DNA of 64,000 nt from Carcharhinus amblyrhynchos (GCA_965287045.1 OZ336876.1:82274001-82338000), one strand, 5' to 3'. Shown: positions 52,086 through 64,000, numbered from the stretch's first letter. The notes: generated by a model from the sequence alone, not told the origin. Made by a program: numbers and translations.

Positions 52086-52589
52086 ATCCATCAATATTCA
52101 GCCTGATTCTCCATTGTATTTTCTAACTAACATTTTGTACATGCACTTCTTCCTTTTCATCTTCATCTTTAACTCTTTACTTACATTCTATTGATGGTTC
52201 ATATTACTGCCCAGATAGGTGAGGTCAGTGTCTTATTTCTGTGTCCTCACTGTTGATTATTATTATTATTTCATTAATCTGCGCCATTTTTTAACTCACA
52301 ATTTTAGTTGTTTTAACATTTAAGTTTCAGATCTTTATTATTTTTTGTATTGTTTACTTAGTTCACAATTTCTTCTGACTCCTTAAGCCTTTGAGCAATA
52401 CCTTTGGCATACCTTAAATTTTTTATCTTATCTTTATTGTTCCAATGTGATCATGCAAAGTCTCTTTCTGCATTCATGTTAAAAAGATTACAACTTAAAA
52501 GGTATTCTAGGTGCTTGATCTAATAATGCAAATGAGTCCAAATTCTACCTTGATAATTGACAAATTTGACCTTATTTACAACAAAATAT

Positions 52590-52922
52590 TTAGATAGTCC
52601 GAAGCTTTTTCCCAGGATGGAAGAGTCAATTACTAGGTCCATGAGTTTAAGGAGCAAGGTTTAAAAGAGATGTACAATGCAGGTTTGTTTTTACACAGAG
52701 AGTGGTGGGTGCCTGGAACTTGCTGCCAAGGGAGGTCATGGAAGCAGATACCATTGTGACTTCTAAGGAGCTTCTGGACAAGTACATGTATAGGATGAGA
52801 ATAGAAGGATATGATCCCTGGAAGGGTCAGGGGTTTTAGCTCAGTCAGGCAGCATAGTTGGTGTAGGCTTGGAGGGCTGAAGGGCCTGTTCCTATGCTGT
52901 AATTTTCTTTGCTCTTTGTTCA
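52590..52922 (+). mobile_element. CR1 3' end fragment
   Basis: FTQRVVGAWNLLP-like motif and tail gggctgaagggcctgttcctatgctgta...ctttgttc. Confidence 0.8.
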
Positions 52923-54009
52923 AGTATTACATATGCAATAAAGCACTAATTCTACATGTGACTATGAAGCTCTTGGATTGTTGGAAAAAGCGCAAGTGCT
53001 AAGTGAATGATTCTCCTCGGCTTTTTCATCCATCACCATTGATGTTCGCTTTCAGGACGTTCAATTCACTCTAAATGAAAGGGTTGAGTACACTGCCTGT
53101 AGCAATGTCTGTCAGTATCTCTTCCCCCCACCCACCCAAACCATCCCAGCTAAAGGCCTGTATCCCTAGGCAAGCTTATTCCAGTACAGCTACAGTACTG
53201 GTGACTACCAGAGGAAAAAGAAAATTGCCTGGGCATGTCTGTTGACAATCTGTTCAATCTAGCCAATTACCACTCCAGCAGAGACTTAATCAACAGCAAG
53301 GTATCACTGACAGTGCAACCCAGCAGCACTTGCTCTCTAATAACCTGCTCACAAATGCTTCAGACCTCATCATGTGGACGAAGGAGCTGAATTCCAAAGA
53401 TGAGGTGACAACTATTCAGGTAAACATGGGAATTAAGAAAGGCGGGTGGAGGAGCACTCTCTCTCTCTCTCTCTTCCTGTTCTATTTTAAGGTATATGAG
53501 ACCAGTTTGCACCAGTACTTTCCCAATTTATCATATAACGATCAGACACAGCCAGCATTCAGGCTTGGATGATAAATGGCAAAGTAACATTCAAACCACA
53601 TAAAAGCCAGATATGAGCATCCCCAACAAGAGGGAATCTAATCATTGCCCCTTGACATTCAATAGCATTACACTGCTGACTCCCCCACTATCAACATCCT
53701 GGTGGGTTACCAATGAGTAGAAACTGAATTGAAATAGCCGTGTAAGTACTATGCCTCCAAAAACAATCAAAAGTTAATTCAGCTCCTGACTCCCCCAAAG
53801 CCTGTCCATAACAAACAAGGCACAAGCCAGGTATGTGATCCACTTGCCTGGATGAGTGCAGCAATTAACTGTTTTGCCAATGAGCTCCACGGCAACTGTG
53901 TTGAAAATCAAACCAATCCAAGGCTGCAGGAGCGCTTCTTGAATCATTCTGAACAAAGTGATGAAATAAGATTTTTTTTTTATTCTAGCACAATGAGGGC
54001 TGAATAATT

Positions 54010-54305
54010 CAGAGAATCCCTACTGTAAGAAGAAAGCCATTCAGCCCATTGAGTCTGTACTGACACAATCCCACACTGGCCCTATTCTTGTAACTCTCAT
54101 TTACCCTGCTAACTCCCTGACACTAGGTCACTTTTAACATAGCCAATCACGCTGACCCACACATTTTTGGACTGTGGGAGAAACCCACACAGACATGGGG
54201 CAAATGTGCAAACTCCACACAGACAGTGACCCGAGACTGGAATTGAACCTGGGTCACTGGCACTGTGAGGCAGCAGTGCTAACAACTGTGCCACCGTGCT
54301 GCCCA
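54010..54305 (-). mobile_element. HE1-like V-SINE with CR1-type tail
   Basis: Minus strand gggcagcacggtggcacagttgttagcactgc...ggttcaattcc, V domain, CR1-like tail. Confidence 0.85.
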
Positions 54306-55424
54306 TAAAATTGTAATTTCTCAGCAACTACAGGTTAGAATGCAGAATGCAAAGGTAACTTTGTGAAGACATGCTGCTGGTGATGTCCAAGGCAAATTGG
54401 AAATTAAAATTAATGGTTGAAAAAAAATCATTGTAGAGCGTCCCTAAATTTTTACTTTGCATTGGCTGTGGATGAAGGAGCTTGCTGCCAGAACTGGTTC
54501 ACAAGACAACCACCTATTATTCGTGATTTTTGCTCATCTATTCTATTTATAAATGCTTTTTTAGGAAATTAAAATGTAGTTGCAAGTTTTCATTTTAAAT
54601 GGAAGCTGGGCAGGTCTGTAGATTGAAAATTGCCCCAGCAACGCTGATGTGATGTGTGTTCTTGCTGGGCCATCTGTTCATGGTGGTTGAGTCATCTTTC
54701 TGAAATGCCAATGTTTCCTGGAAGTATCACACCTCTTTAAATCTCTGCTTCTGCTGATTAAAAAAAATGAATAATGTGCAAGGATTGAAAAGAGGTAAGG
54801 CTCCTTCGGCGAATATATTATTGGAACTGAATATGCATAGTCATCAATTTCTGCTATCACTGCCAGAGACTAGACCTCTGTAGATGCATTGCCATCCCAG
54901 TTTTTGACTAGATTATTCAACAGACTGCTTTGGTACTAACTGATCTACTTAGTCAATCAAGTTTGTCCATCTTAGTTATCATTTGGGTTCACAAATGATT
55001 ATGAAAATATTTCTGATGTTTAATAAGCATTGATTTGAACATAAAAATCTTAATTAACCCAAAGCATTATAGTTTCAATGAAGATCATAGTTTTTATATC
55101 AAAGTGTTGGGGGTGTGATTATATCTCGCAACATCCAAATTCAGCAGCAAGTGTGATTTTGCACATTAAGCACCTGTGTTCTTTTGGCACAACTGGGAAT
55201 CTAACAACATATGAAGCAGGGATTCTGAATGGACAACTTGCTTCTGTCCCAGTAGGAGCAGCATTCCACCCAAAGTTTAACAAAAGGGGTAAGGGCTGAA
55301 AATGGGAAAAAGGATCACAACGTGCAATTAACCAATGGCTGTTTTTTTTTCTGTGTTGCTCACTAATTTAATTGCTACCCAATGTACTGTTAAGGGGCTG
55401 CATGCTTCAGGGGGCCATGGGCCT

Positions 55425-55750
55425 CACTGGCTGGCCAGCATTTATTGCCCATCCCAAATTGCCCATGGAGGGCAGTTGAGAATCAACCACATTGCTGTGT
55501 CTCTGGAGTCACATGGAGGCCAGACCAGGTAAGGACAGCAGATTTCCTTCCCTAAAGGATATTAGTGAACCAGATGGTTTTTTTCAATAATGGTTTTGTG
55601 GTCAGCAGTAGATTCTTAATTCCAGGCATTTTTTATTGAATTCAGATTCCATTAACTGCTGTGGTGGGATTTGAACTCAGATCCCCAGAACATTAACTGA
55701 GCTTCTGGATTAATAGTCTAGCGATAATACCACTGGGCCATCACCTCCCA
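55425..55750 (-). mobile_element. tRNA-derived SINE (non-V family)
   Basis: Minus-strand head with box A-like tggcccagtgg and box B gagttcaaatccc. Tail gggcaatttgggatgggcaataaatgctggcc. Confidence 0.7.
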
Positions 55751-56869
55751 GGGGAGGGCTGTTGTGCCCTCATGATGGTGAGACTGTACAGGATAAGGCA
55801 GACCACAAAAGCCTGTGACATATGCCCTATTGGGCACTGCAGAACTCTGTGACAGACATTCTGTTAGTGGAAGTAAAAACAGAAAACACTGGAAATAGGT
55901 TCATAATAATTCCATAATTGTTGTTGATGAAAATCCAAAATACAATTATTATTCATATAAAAGCTTAATTCTGGATGTTCTGGAAGAGCTATCAATATTC
56001 AAGTTTGGAGCGTGAATAAAATAAAAGGTGTTATATTGTTTTGGTAATATTTGATAAAAAGTGAAGGATACGTGTTGGTTTAATTTTTTAAATTTGATGT
56101 ACTTCTTTAGTTTAAACAGATGGAAGGTAAATTGAAAGGCTGCTTCTCTATATTATACACAGCAGTTTGTTTCTTTCTCTCCTTGTGGGGGTAGGAAAGC
56201 TGTCTGGCCTGAAATTCCATTGGGTTCTCTTAATCATTTATTATAACTTTGGCAGAAGATCAACTGAAACCCTGGAGAAATTGTGCAAGTGCTTTTTTTT
56301 GAAGTTAGGGTAACTTAAGAAGCTTCCAAAAGATGTTAAACAGTTGCAAATAGAAAGTGTCATTGTAGAACTGTTGAGTCTATTGCTATAGAGGAATATA
56401 GTGCAAGAGGCCAGTGTCACAGGTCTAGGGGGGTGGTGGTTTTTCCATCCCGCTGCACTCATGTTTCAGCACAGCGGGCCAGGAGATTCGAGCGCGTCTG
56501 ATTCACGGTGGGAGTTTGGGCCTCTTCACATCTCCCAGCCTGAGTTTTTTGGCGTTGACTGATCCATGCTGTTAATCAGCATAAAGGACATTTGCATGTG
56601 TTTACATACCTTACGTGATCAGCAACTAGAATCTCTGCCCCTGTTAGCGTCTCCTCCCTCTGGCGTGATGTCACTCTTTTGGGGTTTACAACTTCTGTAT
56701 AAAAGTCGGGACCTGGTGTGGCAGCGTTGAACAGGAGTGAGGAGGTGAGTGTTATGGAGCTACAGCCCCCAGAGTGCAGGGGAGGTTAGAGACAGGGCTT
56801 GGAAATGTGCTGCTTGATGTGGGGATGTTCTTGGAGATCTGGAAATGCTGTCCCGGGCCCAGGAATGTT

Positions 56870-57510
56870 CCTATTGTTTCTTGCATGCTATACTGACAAA
56901 GCATACTGTTCATAGAGAAGAAAATGAGAGAGTGCAGAATATAGCTATGGTGCAGAGAAAGATCAGCAATACAAGGTGGGTCCATTCAAAAGTCTGACAG
57001 CAGCAGAAGAAATTGTTCTTGAGTTGATTGGTACGTGACCTCAGACTTTTGTATCTTTTTCCTGATGGAAAAAGGTGGAAAAGAAAATGTCTGGGGTGTG
57101 TGGGGCTCTTATTATGCTGACTGCTTTGCCAAGGTAGCAGCGAGTGTAGACAGGGTCAATAGATGAGAGGCTGGTTTGCATGATGGATTGGGCTACGTTC
57201 ACAGCCTTTTGTAGTTTCTTGCTGTCTTGGATAGAGCAGGAGCCATACCAAGCAGTGATACAATCAGAAAGAATGCTTTCTATGGTGCATTGGTAGGAGT
57301 TGGTGAGAATGGTAACTGATATGCTTAATTTCCTTAGTCTTCTAAGAAAGTAGAGACATTGGTGGGCTTTTTTAACTATTGTGTCGGCATGGGGGGACCA
57401 GGACAGGTTGTTGGTGATCTGGACACCTAAAAAGTTGAAGCTCTCGACCCTTTCTACTTTGCCCCCGTTGATGTAGATAGGGGCATGTTCTCTTTTATGC
57501 TTCCTGAAAT
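56870..57510 (-). mobile_element. Rex1/Babar-type LINE 3' part
   Basis: Same sequence family as 38409-38690, extending into the RT C-terminus (FLRRLRK, YQCTIESILSDCITAWYG). Confidence 0.75.
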
Positions 57511-58094
57511 CAAGAGAGAAGTCTGTGAGATGAATTGTGGTGGGGAAATATCAGGTTGAGGTCTTCCCTGCCCCTGTGCCGGTGACCTAATCAGGTTCAC
57601 ACCAAGAAAGAACATGAACCTGATTTCCATGAATTTGAATGCATTGTAAAGCATGCAAGTCTATAGACCAAGTGCTGGAAAATGGGATTTGAATAGATAG
57701 CTGCTTGATGGCCACACAGACATGATAATCAAATGGCCTCTTTCTCTGCTGTAAAACTCTTTGGGTGGGGCTTACGGCCGCACTCACCCGAAATCATAAA
57801 ATCCCAGCCGAGGTCAACAGACCTTTCCATTGTCCACCCCTCGCCTGCTCCGATTCATGTGATGGGCGGGGCAGTAACATTCCAGCCTATGTCTCTAAAT
57901 GGCTCACTGCCATTGCTTCCGTGGCACTAGATGATGCGTGTGCCCCAACCCACCACCAAACCCGCCCCCCCCAGCCCCCCAGCCCCCCACCTCCACCCTC
58001 CCTCCATATGCAAAAATGGGATTGGGATAGCTCTTGATGGCCAATTTAGACACGATGGACCAAAGGGCCTCATTTTGTGCTGTAAAACTCTATA

Positions 58095-58410
58095 GCTGGA
58101 ACTTTACTGGCCTGCCTGCCATGGGAATCATAGCAGGTGAGGAGTGGAACGTGGAAAGATCCATTGATCCCAGGCAGGGTTTTACAGTTTTGGGACGAGT
58201 GAGGCGCTAAAATCCCGCACTATGTCTATGGACAGAATTTTCCTGCCCATCCTTCCAGCAAGACTTTTTAGTCCTGCTGACGGAGCACCCCATCACAAGT
58301 TTCCTGATGGTGTGGGGTGGATTCAGTGGGAAATCCCATTGAGAATGGCAGAACCAGAAGATCCCACCGCTGGCCAAGAAACACGCTGCAGGGTTGCCAG
58401 AGAATCCTGC
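58095..58410. mobile_element. Two adjacent short elements with imperfect terminal inverted repeats (MITE-like)
   Basis: Ends gctggaacttta...taaaatcccgc (58095-58220) and gacagaattttc...gagaatcctgcc (58230-58410). Similar GC-rich ends occur at about 7100, 7318, 23930 and 29625. Confidence 0.4.
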
Positions 58411-59077
58411 CCTCTAAAGGCTAAGCTGCTATATCGTGCTAACCGGTATTTACACATGCAGAATGTCAGCTCTGGAATGTAGCTGGCACTCAGTGAACTG
58501 TAGGTTAATTCGTCTGAATCCACTTTTCATTTCAATATTAGAAGCAGCAGACAGAATGCAACACAAGTGTGTAAATTTTATCTTTGTGTCTGCTTCAGAA
58601 ACAAAATGGAGATCTTGGTGAAGTAAAATCAGACAATATCACACCCCAGAAACCTGCTGAAAACAAACTTTAATATGATCAGACACACATGTATTTACTT
58701 AATATATGCAAATAAATTCCAAAAGATTAGACGAGTCTGCCTAACATTGTATGATAAAGTATCCGGCTTAGCAAGAGTTAGTTGGGATAGGGAAACAGTA
58801 CTGTCCACAGCATGATGGAATGAAAAACAAACCACAGACTGGACTGATCTGTGGATTGGACCAACACATGTGTAAAAGCAAGCGTGGAGTCTGCTCATAG
58901 CTTGAGCCATGTTGTGTACACATTTCCATAACTATGTGTTATCAATAAACCTTCCTATTCAACCATTCAATATTCAGAACCTCTCTATGAGGCTTACTCA
59001 ACATACATCACGTTGTGGTGGCATCACTGAACTGTCAATTAATTTCTGAAGGGTGTGTAATTTGCTTTGTGATTTAA

Positions 59078-59350
59078 ATTTATTTATTAGTGTCACAAGT
59101 AGGCTTACATTAACATTGTAATGAGGTTATTGTGAAAATCCCCTTGTTGCTTGTTTGGGTACACTGAGAGAGAATTCAGCATGGCCAATGCATGTAACCC
59201 ACATGTCTTTCGGACTGTGGGAGAAAACCAGAGCACCCGGAGGAAACCCACACAGACGTGGGGAGAACTCCACACAGGTAGTGACCCAAGCCAGGAGTCA
59301 AACCTGGGTCCCTGGTACTGTGGAGCAGCAGTGCTAACCACTGTGCCACA
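59078..59350 (-). mobile_element. Type-B V-SINE (tail-only copy also at about 59650-59770)
   Basis: Full head + V domain + tail ending tgtgacactaataaataaa on the minus strand. Confidence 0.87.
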
Positions 59351-59451
59351 GTGAGCTTTGCAACGTTCCTTCTGACTGATATCTTATATAAAGTATAATG
59401 TGCAATATTGACTTGTTTGCTCCCCTGAGGAATAATTTACTAGTCATCTGA

Positions 59452-59603
59452 GGTCAGTGGACTCGCCAACTTTAAGGGCATTCAAATGGTCATTGGATAG
59501 ACACATGGATAATATTGGAATAGTTTAGGTTAGAGGGTCATTAGATTGGTTCCACTGGTTGGTGCAACATGAAGGGCCTGTACTGCGCTGTAATGTTCTA
59601 TGT
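59452..59603 (+). mobile_element. CR1 extreme 3' fragment
   Basis: Reverse complement of the 42926-43090 tail family. Confidence 0.75.
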
Positions 59604-60174
59604 CAGCAGATTGGTCTGTGATCTTTAGCAGCGATTTTCAAACACTACTTGTTAGTTTCACAAATAGGCTTACATTAACAGTGTAATGAAATTACTGTAA
59701 AAATCCCCTAGTCATCACACTGCAGCACCTTTTCAGCTACATTGAGAGAAAATTTAGCATAGCCAATGCACATTACTGTGTGAGTGACTGCATGAATTAT
59801 AGAAAATAATTACTATGCAATCTGGATAATTTACAGGATTATTGACTGAATAAATGAATTTGATAGCGACTCTGCTTGGAAGTAATAGAATACATGGCCG
59901 AAGAGGTTCCACAAGCATCAATACTATATGTCTGCAGTATGTGTAACTAGCTCCTTTGATCAGAAGAACACAACAGATAACAAAAGAGGGGAAAGGGTCT
60001 GTATTTTTCTGCTGAATATACAGTGAGGGTCAAAGGAATAGATCATGTTTTACAGTATACAATTCAGTGAAATTACAAAGAAAGTCACTTTCCAAACATG
60101 CATTTCATGAAATTCTTAAGCAACAAAAGATCAAGAACGTAAAGCAACATATATTCTGCTTGAAGTAAACAAAG

Positions 60175-62119
60175 TGATCAATGCTCACTGTTTATTCCTC
60201 TGATATATTTATTTTTGATGATCATTGTTAATCATTTTCTGGTTTGGAATGTTTTTCTGTAGGATTTGAATTGGGTTCGACAGTTGCATAATTATATAGG
60301 GTTTCTTTGTATTTTGGCAGGAATACTTTTCATCACTTTTTTTTAAATGCGTGTGATTTTTACCACCTTGTGTTTGGCCTAAAACAAAACTGGTTAAATA
60401 TCACTCTCTATTTGTTAACAATCATCATTATTTAAACTATTCATCAAATATTTGTTCAGATTTTCACACCACAGCTTCTGTGTTTTATTTGAGTACATTT
60501 AATTTTAAAGAGTGAAAGATCTGACTAAGCAGAGTGAGTCACTTTACAGTGCTAAATACTTTTTCTATTCTATCATTATATGAAAATTACTTAACATGCA
60601 AAGACTGATTGTAGTGAACAGCATAGCACCAGTGCATTTAAAGTGGTAGGACCTTCCTAACATTCCTCACTGACATAATTTTCTAATTCACTCAATGCAT
60701 TTGTATTTCTAGTGATATAAAATATATATTTCAAGACAAAATGTAGCACCAAAATACTATTTCAGTTTTCGTTTAAGAAAGCATTCTGGAATGCACTTTA
60801 AAGAACTGCATTTGTCATTAAACTCCTCTGCCAAAGATTTCTGAATCCTGTTATTGGTTTACATATGGTTTTTATTTAAGGCAAGCCTGCAGATCTTAAC
60901 CATTGTTCTTTATATAAATACAAACTGTATACTGTTAGCACAAAAAATGATTAGACTGGTACTTAAAGCTTTAGTTTCTAATTCTATTCAGATGGTTAGA
61001 TGCAATTGAATAAGATAAATCTCCATCAACTCACTTTTAAAGAGATTGTTCAGATTTTCTGTGCAGATAAACTGTTCCTGATCAGTTTTAATCTCACAGG
61101 CACTAATTTTCATCACAGTGTTGTGTTTACATTTTTTAGTATCTATCACTGACTCTGTCTTTTGGGGGGAGAAAGGAGAAATGGTTGAAATTTGAACACT
61201 TTTAACTGGATAAATTGCCAAATTTCACATTAAACATTTCAAAGAATTTGTTCTATGAATTCTATCATAATTTGAAACACATTGTTTCCTTTTCTTTAGC
61301 TTCACTAAACCTGTTTAGAACAAGATTGATGACAGTCATTACTTTACCTTTGCTGTATTGAAGAGCTCAGTTAAAACAGTTAATTTGTATACTTTGATTG
61401 AAGTCATCAATGATTGAGCATTTCCATAATTTCTTTTGCTGGAAACAAGATATGAACAACACCCAATATGAACTTTCAATTCCAAAATGCTCCAAGATTG
61501 ATCAGTACAACTAAGACAAATGATAAGACCCACCTTTACCTATGTTACAAACTACTTTAAATTCAGTAACAAATGACGTGTGTGGATAGTTCTGTATATT
61601 TTGCTATGGGACAAATAGTTTTCCTTTGATAAGTGAAAATGCTTAAAATCTGAGTCTATATTAGTTTCTATGTGTGGAGGACAAATAATGAGGTTCTGGA
61701 GACTGCAGTGGTGCACCCTTCAAAACCTTAAAAATATCTTTCGGAATTAAAATAAGCACCATTCTCCATTTTAATACATCTTTCAAAATCATTAGTAGAA
61801 TACTTTTTGGGCTATTAACCAACCTTGAATACTTTGTTCCCACAGATTAATTATCACAGTAAATTAAATACTGAATAACTAAACATTTTGAACAGCAATG
61901 TTACCCAGTCAACAATATACTCTGAAAGATTCCCATTAATTTTACATTTTATATACTTAAATTAGAGCACCCTGAACAGATTCCTTTAGTCGAGATGAAA
62001 TTACACATATCTTTTCAATGTGCCTTGATACACACCATCATCCACTTCGTATGTAGAGAATCGAGGTCTGCACACAAGTACATGGATACAAAAGCACGTA
62101 TTATATTTAATGAATTCCA
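60175..62119 (-). other. PRSS35: PRSS35 3'UTR (putative), AATAAA at 60196-60191
   Basis: Repeat-poor AT-rich stretch after the stop. Minus-strand AATAAA is followed by GU-rich sequence. Other AATAAA candidates exist near 60485 and 60871. Confidence 0.45.
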
Positions 62120-63259
62120 TCAACCATCTCTGCAATCAGCATAGTTTCCATGTATCCAGAAGCATATCTGTGCATACTTAAGTGGAGTAATTCGCACAGC
62201 CACATTGTAATCCTGCTGTATCCCATTGATATCCACCCACTGATGACCAGAAAAGACTCCAATGATCTTGCGTTTCCATGTGCGCTTGTCTTGCTCCTTC
62301 AGACGAATGTAAATGCCTGAGCCACTTGATCCAGGATTAGCATCACAATACTGATAAAACAGATCACTGGATTCATCAGACACAGTGCAGAAACGATATA
62401 CCAATTTCCCAGGTCTGTCGTCATCAAAGCCTGAAAAGTGGATCCGGTTGCTTGGCATATTCTGGACAGGAGGACTGATCCCAATCTCCATAAACTTGTG
62501 TTTCTGAGGTCTCTTTAATTCAAGAATAGCATAATCATAATCCACTGCAATATCATCAGCCACGCCTTTGAACCAGCCCTTTGGTACTTGGGTGCGCTTT
62601 ACTCTTGACCATTGGAAAGATGGCTTATCCTTAGTTGATCGTTTATTCCTCTTAGATCCCCTTCTTCTTCCACCCCCCTTGGATCTCATCTTTAAGAATC
62701 CGACTCTAAGCCTTTTGGCACCTTTCACATAGTCTTTACCATCGTGAATGCAGTGAGCTGCTGTTAACACATGTTTCCGTGAGACAAGAATCCCAGTACA
62801 TCCTGTGGAGATTTTCACTGCTGTATTAAAAGGATAGCTTGTTATGAAATGCTTGTCACCAATGCTAAATCTGCTGTCCAATCCAAAGACCTGCCTCTTC
62901 CTCCGAGAACGGCCTCTTGACTGGGCAAACTCAAGTTCATTTTTCAGGTCGAATTCTTTGACATCAACCTCAGTCAAGGTACGTGTCCCATTGTTGTACA
63001 CCGTTTCATAAGAAAGATAATTCTGAAGGTCAGACACGGTTGGCAGTGGCAGTTTCTTCTGGCAAGCGATCCCACAGGTTGAGTTTATCAACAACTTGGT
63101 TTTAGCTCTAAACCTTGGAGGGTCTATGATCACGGTTCTTCTGTCCGAAACTTGGGGTGCTCTTTGTAAATGCCAAGTATAATCTTCTGCAGTTTCAATC
63201 CGGAAGGTGAATGTTAATGTGTTCATGGAAAGTAATAATAAAAGTGGTATTGTTCCCAT
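62120..63259 (-). CDS. PRSS35: Serine protease 35 (379 aa, single coding exon)
   Basis: True start is accATGG at 63259, downstream of a splice acceptor (exon starts 63278), so the ORF-track start at 63301 is intronic. Has a hydrophobic N-terminus, RSRRKR furin-type site, and the motifs LTAAHC, DYDYAILEL, CDANPGSSGSG and VRITPLKYAQIC. PRSS35-type features are KMRSKGGGRRRGSKR, KPSFQW, YQYCDA and WIHGN. Convergent with SNAP91. Confidence 0.93.
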   Translation of the reverse strand: MGTIPLLLLLSMNTLTFTFRIETAEDYTWHLQRAPQVSDRRTVIIDPPRFRAKTKLLINSTCGIACQKKLPLPTVSDLQNYLSYETVYNNGTRTLTEVDVKEFDLKNELEFAQSRGRSRRKRQVFGLDSRFSIGDKHFITSYPFNTAVKISTGCTGILVSRKHVLTAAHCIHDGKDYVKGAKRLRVGFLKMRSKGGGRRRGSKRNKRSTKDKPSFQWSRVKRTQVPKGWFKGVADDIAVDYDYAILELKRPQKHKFMEIGISPPVQNMPSNRIHFSGFDDDRPGKLVYRFCTVSDESSDLFYQYCDANPGSSGSGIYIRLKEQDKRTWKRKIIGVFSGHQWVDINGIQQDYNVAVRITPLKYAQICFWIHGNYADCRDG

Positions 63260-63278
63260 GGTGAAACCAGATCCTTCC

Positions 63279-63300
63279 CTGAGAGGAAAAGAAAAACACA
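63279..63300 (-). promoter_or_regulatory. PRSS35: 3' splice site of the PRSS35 5'UTR intron
   Basis: Minus strand reads tgtgtttttcttttcctctcag|GGAAGG, a strong polypyrimidine tract + CAG 19 nt before the ATG. The upstream non-coding exon is not identifiable in the window. Confidence 0.8.
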
Positions 63301-63484
63301 ATAACTTAACATAAAAAGTCTGCTTTTCAATTCTGCTAGTTACATTAGAAAGTGCTTCATTTTATGTCTATCAAAATTACGAAAAGTTTTCATAAACATA
63401 GCACTGTAGAGCTTGGAACTGTAATATATTTGTAATAATATATAAGAACTTTGTTCTTTCTTGGGATGTGAAAAATATGATAAA

Positions 63485-63925
63485 TGAGGCCAGTATTCAT
63501 TGCCCATCCCTAATGCTCCTTCAGAAGGTGGTGAGGAGCCCCTTTATTGAACCGCTGTGATCCATCTAGTGTAGCTACTTCCACAGTGCTGTTAGGAAGG
63601 CAGGATTTTGACATGGTGACCGTGAAGCAAGTGCAATAGAGTCATAGAGTTATAGAATTGTACACAGCAGAAAAGGCCTTTCAGCCCATCAGTCCAAGTC
63701 AAGATGATCTATGGTTTGAAGGGAAACTTGCAGGTGGTTGTATTCCCATGTGTCTGCAGCCTTTATTCTTCTAGGAGGTAGAAATCTTGCGTTTGGTAAA
63801 AGGCTGGGGCTGTCAAAGTCAGCTTGTCAGGATGCTGCAGTGCATCTTTTAAATGGTGCATTCAGATGCTATTCTGCACTGGTGTTGGAGGAAGTAAATG
63901 TTTAAGGTGGTGCATAGGGTGCCAA
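63485..63925 (-). mobile_element. LINE 3' end (same family as 11995-12845)
   Basis: Shares gggaa.ttg.aggtggt..t.ttcc.atg and gctgttaggaag.....aggatttt with 12010-12330. Confidence 0.65.
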
Positions 63926-64000
63926 ACAAATGCTATGATTAGCTCAGAGAAACATACCCTCTCCCTGCTCTAATCACATTATAGAAATTAAAAGCTTCTT

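Noticed and set aside
63260-63301. N-terminal extension MCFSFPLREGSGFT of the PRSS35 ORF
   Set aside because: Starts at a non-ATG codon within the polypyrimidine tract. The real start is the Kozak ATG at 63259.
1-64000. Prokaryote-style systems (CRISPR array, retron or RT-based defence operon)
   Set aside because: The DNA is spliceosomal-intron-containing vertebrate sequence. All RTs are LINE or Gypsy type, and no regularly spaced repeat-spacer array is visible.

Overview
Eukaryotic, AT-rich vertebrate DNA, most likely a shark or other elasmobranch. That is inferred from the repeats: HE1-like V-SINEs, abundant CR1, plus L2, Rex1/Babar and Gypsy remnants. Two real genes converge tail-to-tail. 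The first is the 3' half of SNAP91 (clathrin adaptor AP180) on + (10 coding exons 1444-24888, then a last exon/3'UTR to about 26645). The second is the single coding exon of PRSS35 on - (CDS 63259->62120). This matches the SNAP91-PRSS35 neighbourhood I recall in mammals. Almost all other listed ORFs are spurious or retrotransposon fragments. I see no wholly new multi-gene system. The most interesting signals are: (1) PRSS35 with an intact His-Asp-Ser triad, whereas the human protein is a Thr pseudoprotease; (2) PICALM-like splicing modules in SNAP91 (a 24-nt NGWPIPGY microexon and a cryptic LQFLR* C-terminus) with RBFOX/QKI motifs; (3) a 153-bp near-perfect inverted duplication in a SNAP91 intron; (4) a CR1 LINE whose 3'UTR appears to contain a V-SINE; (5) V-SINEs with swapped LINE-derived tails; (6) a decayed two-LTR Gypsy element. 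Exon boundaries were read base by base. Repeat boundaries are approximate (tens of bp). Comparisons with human proteins are from memory and need alignment.
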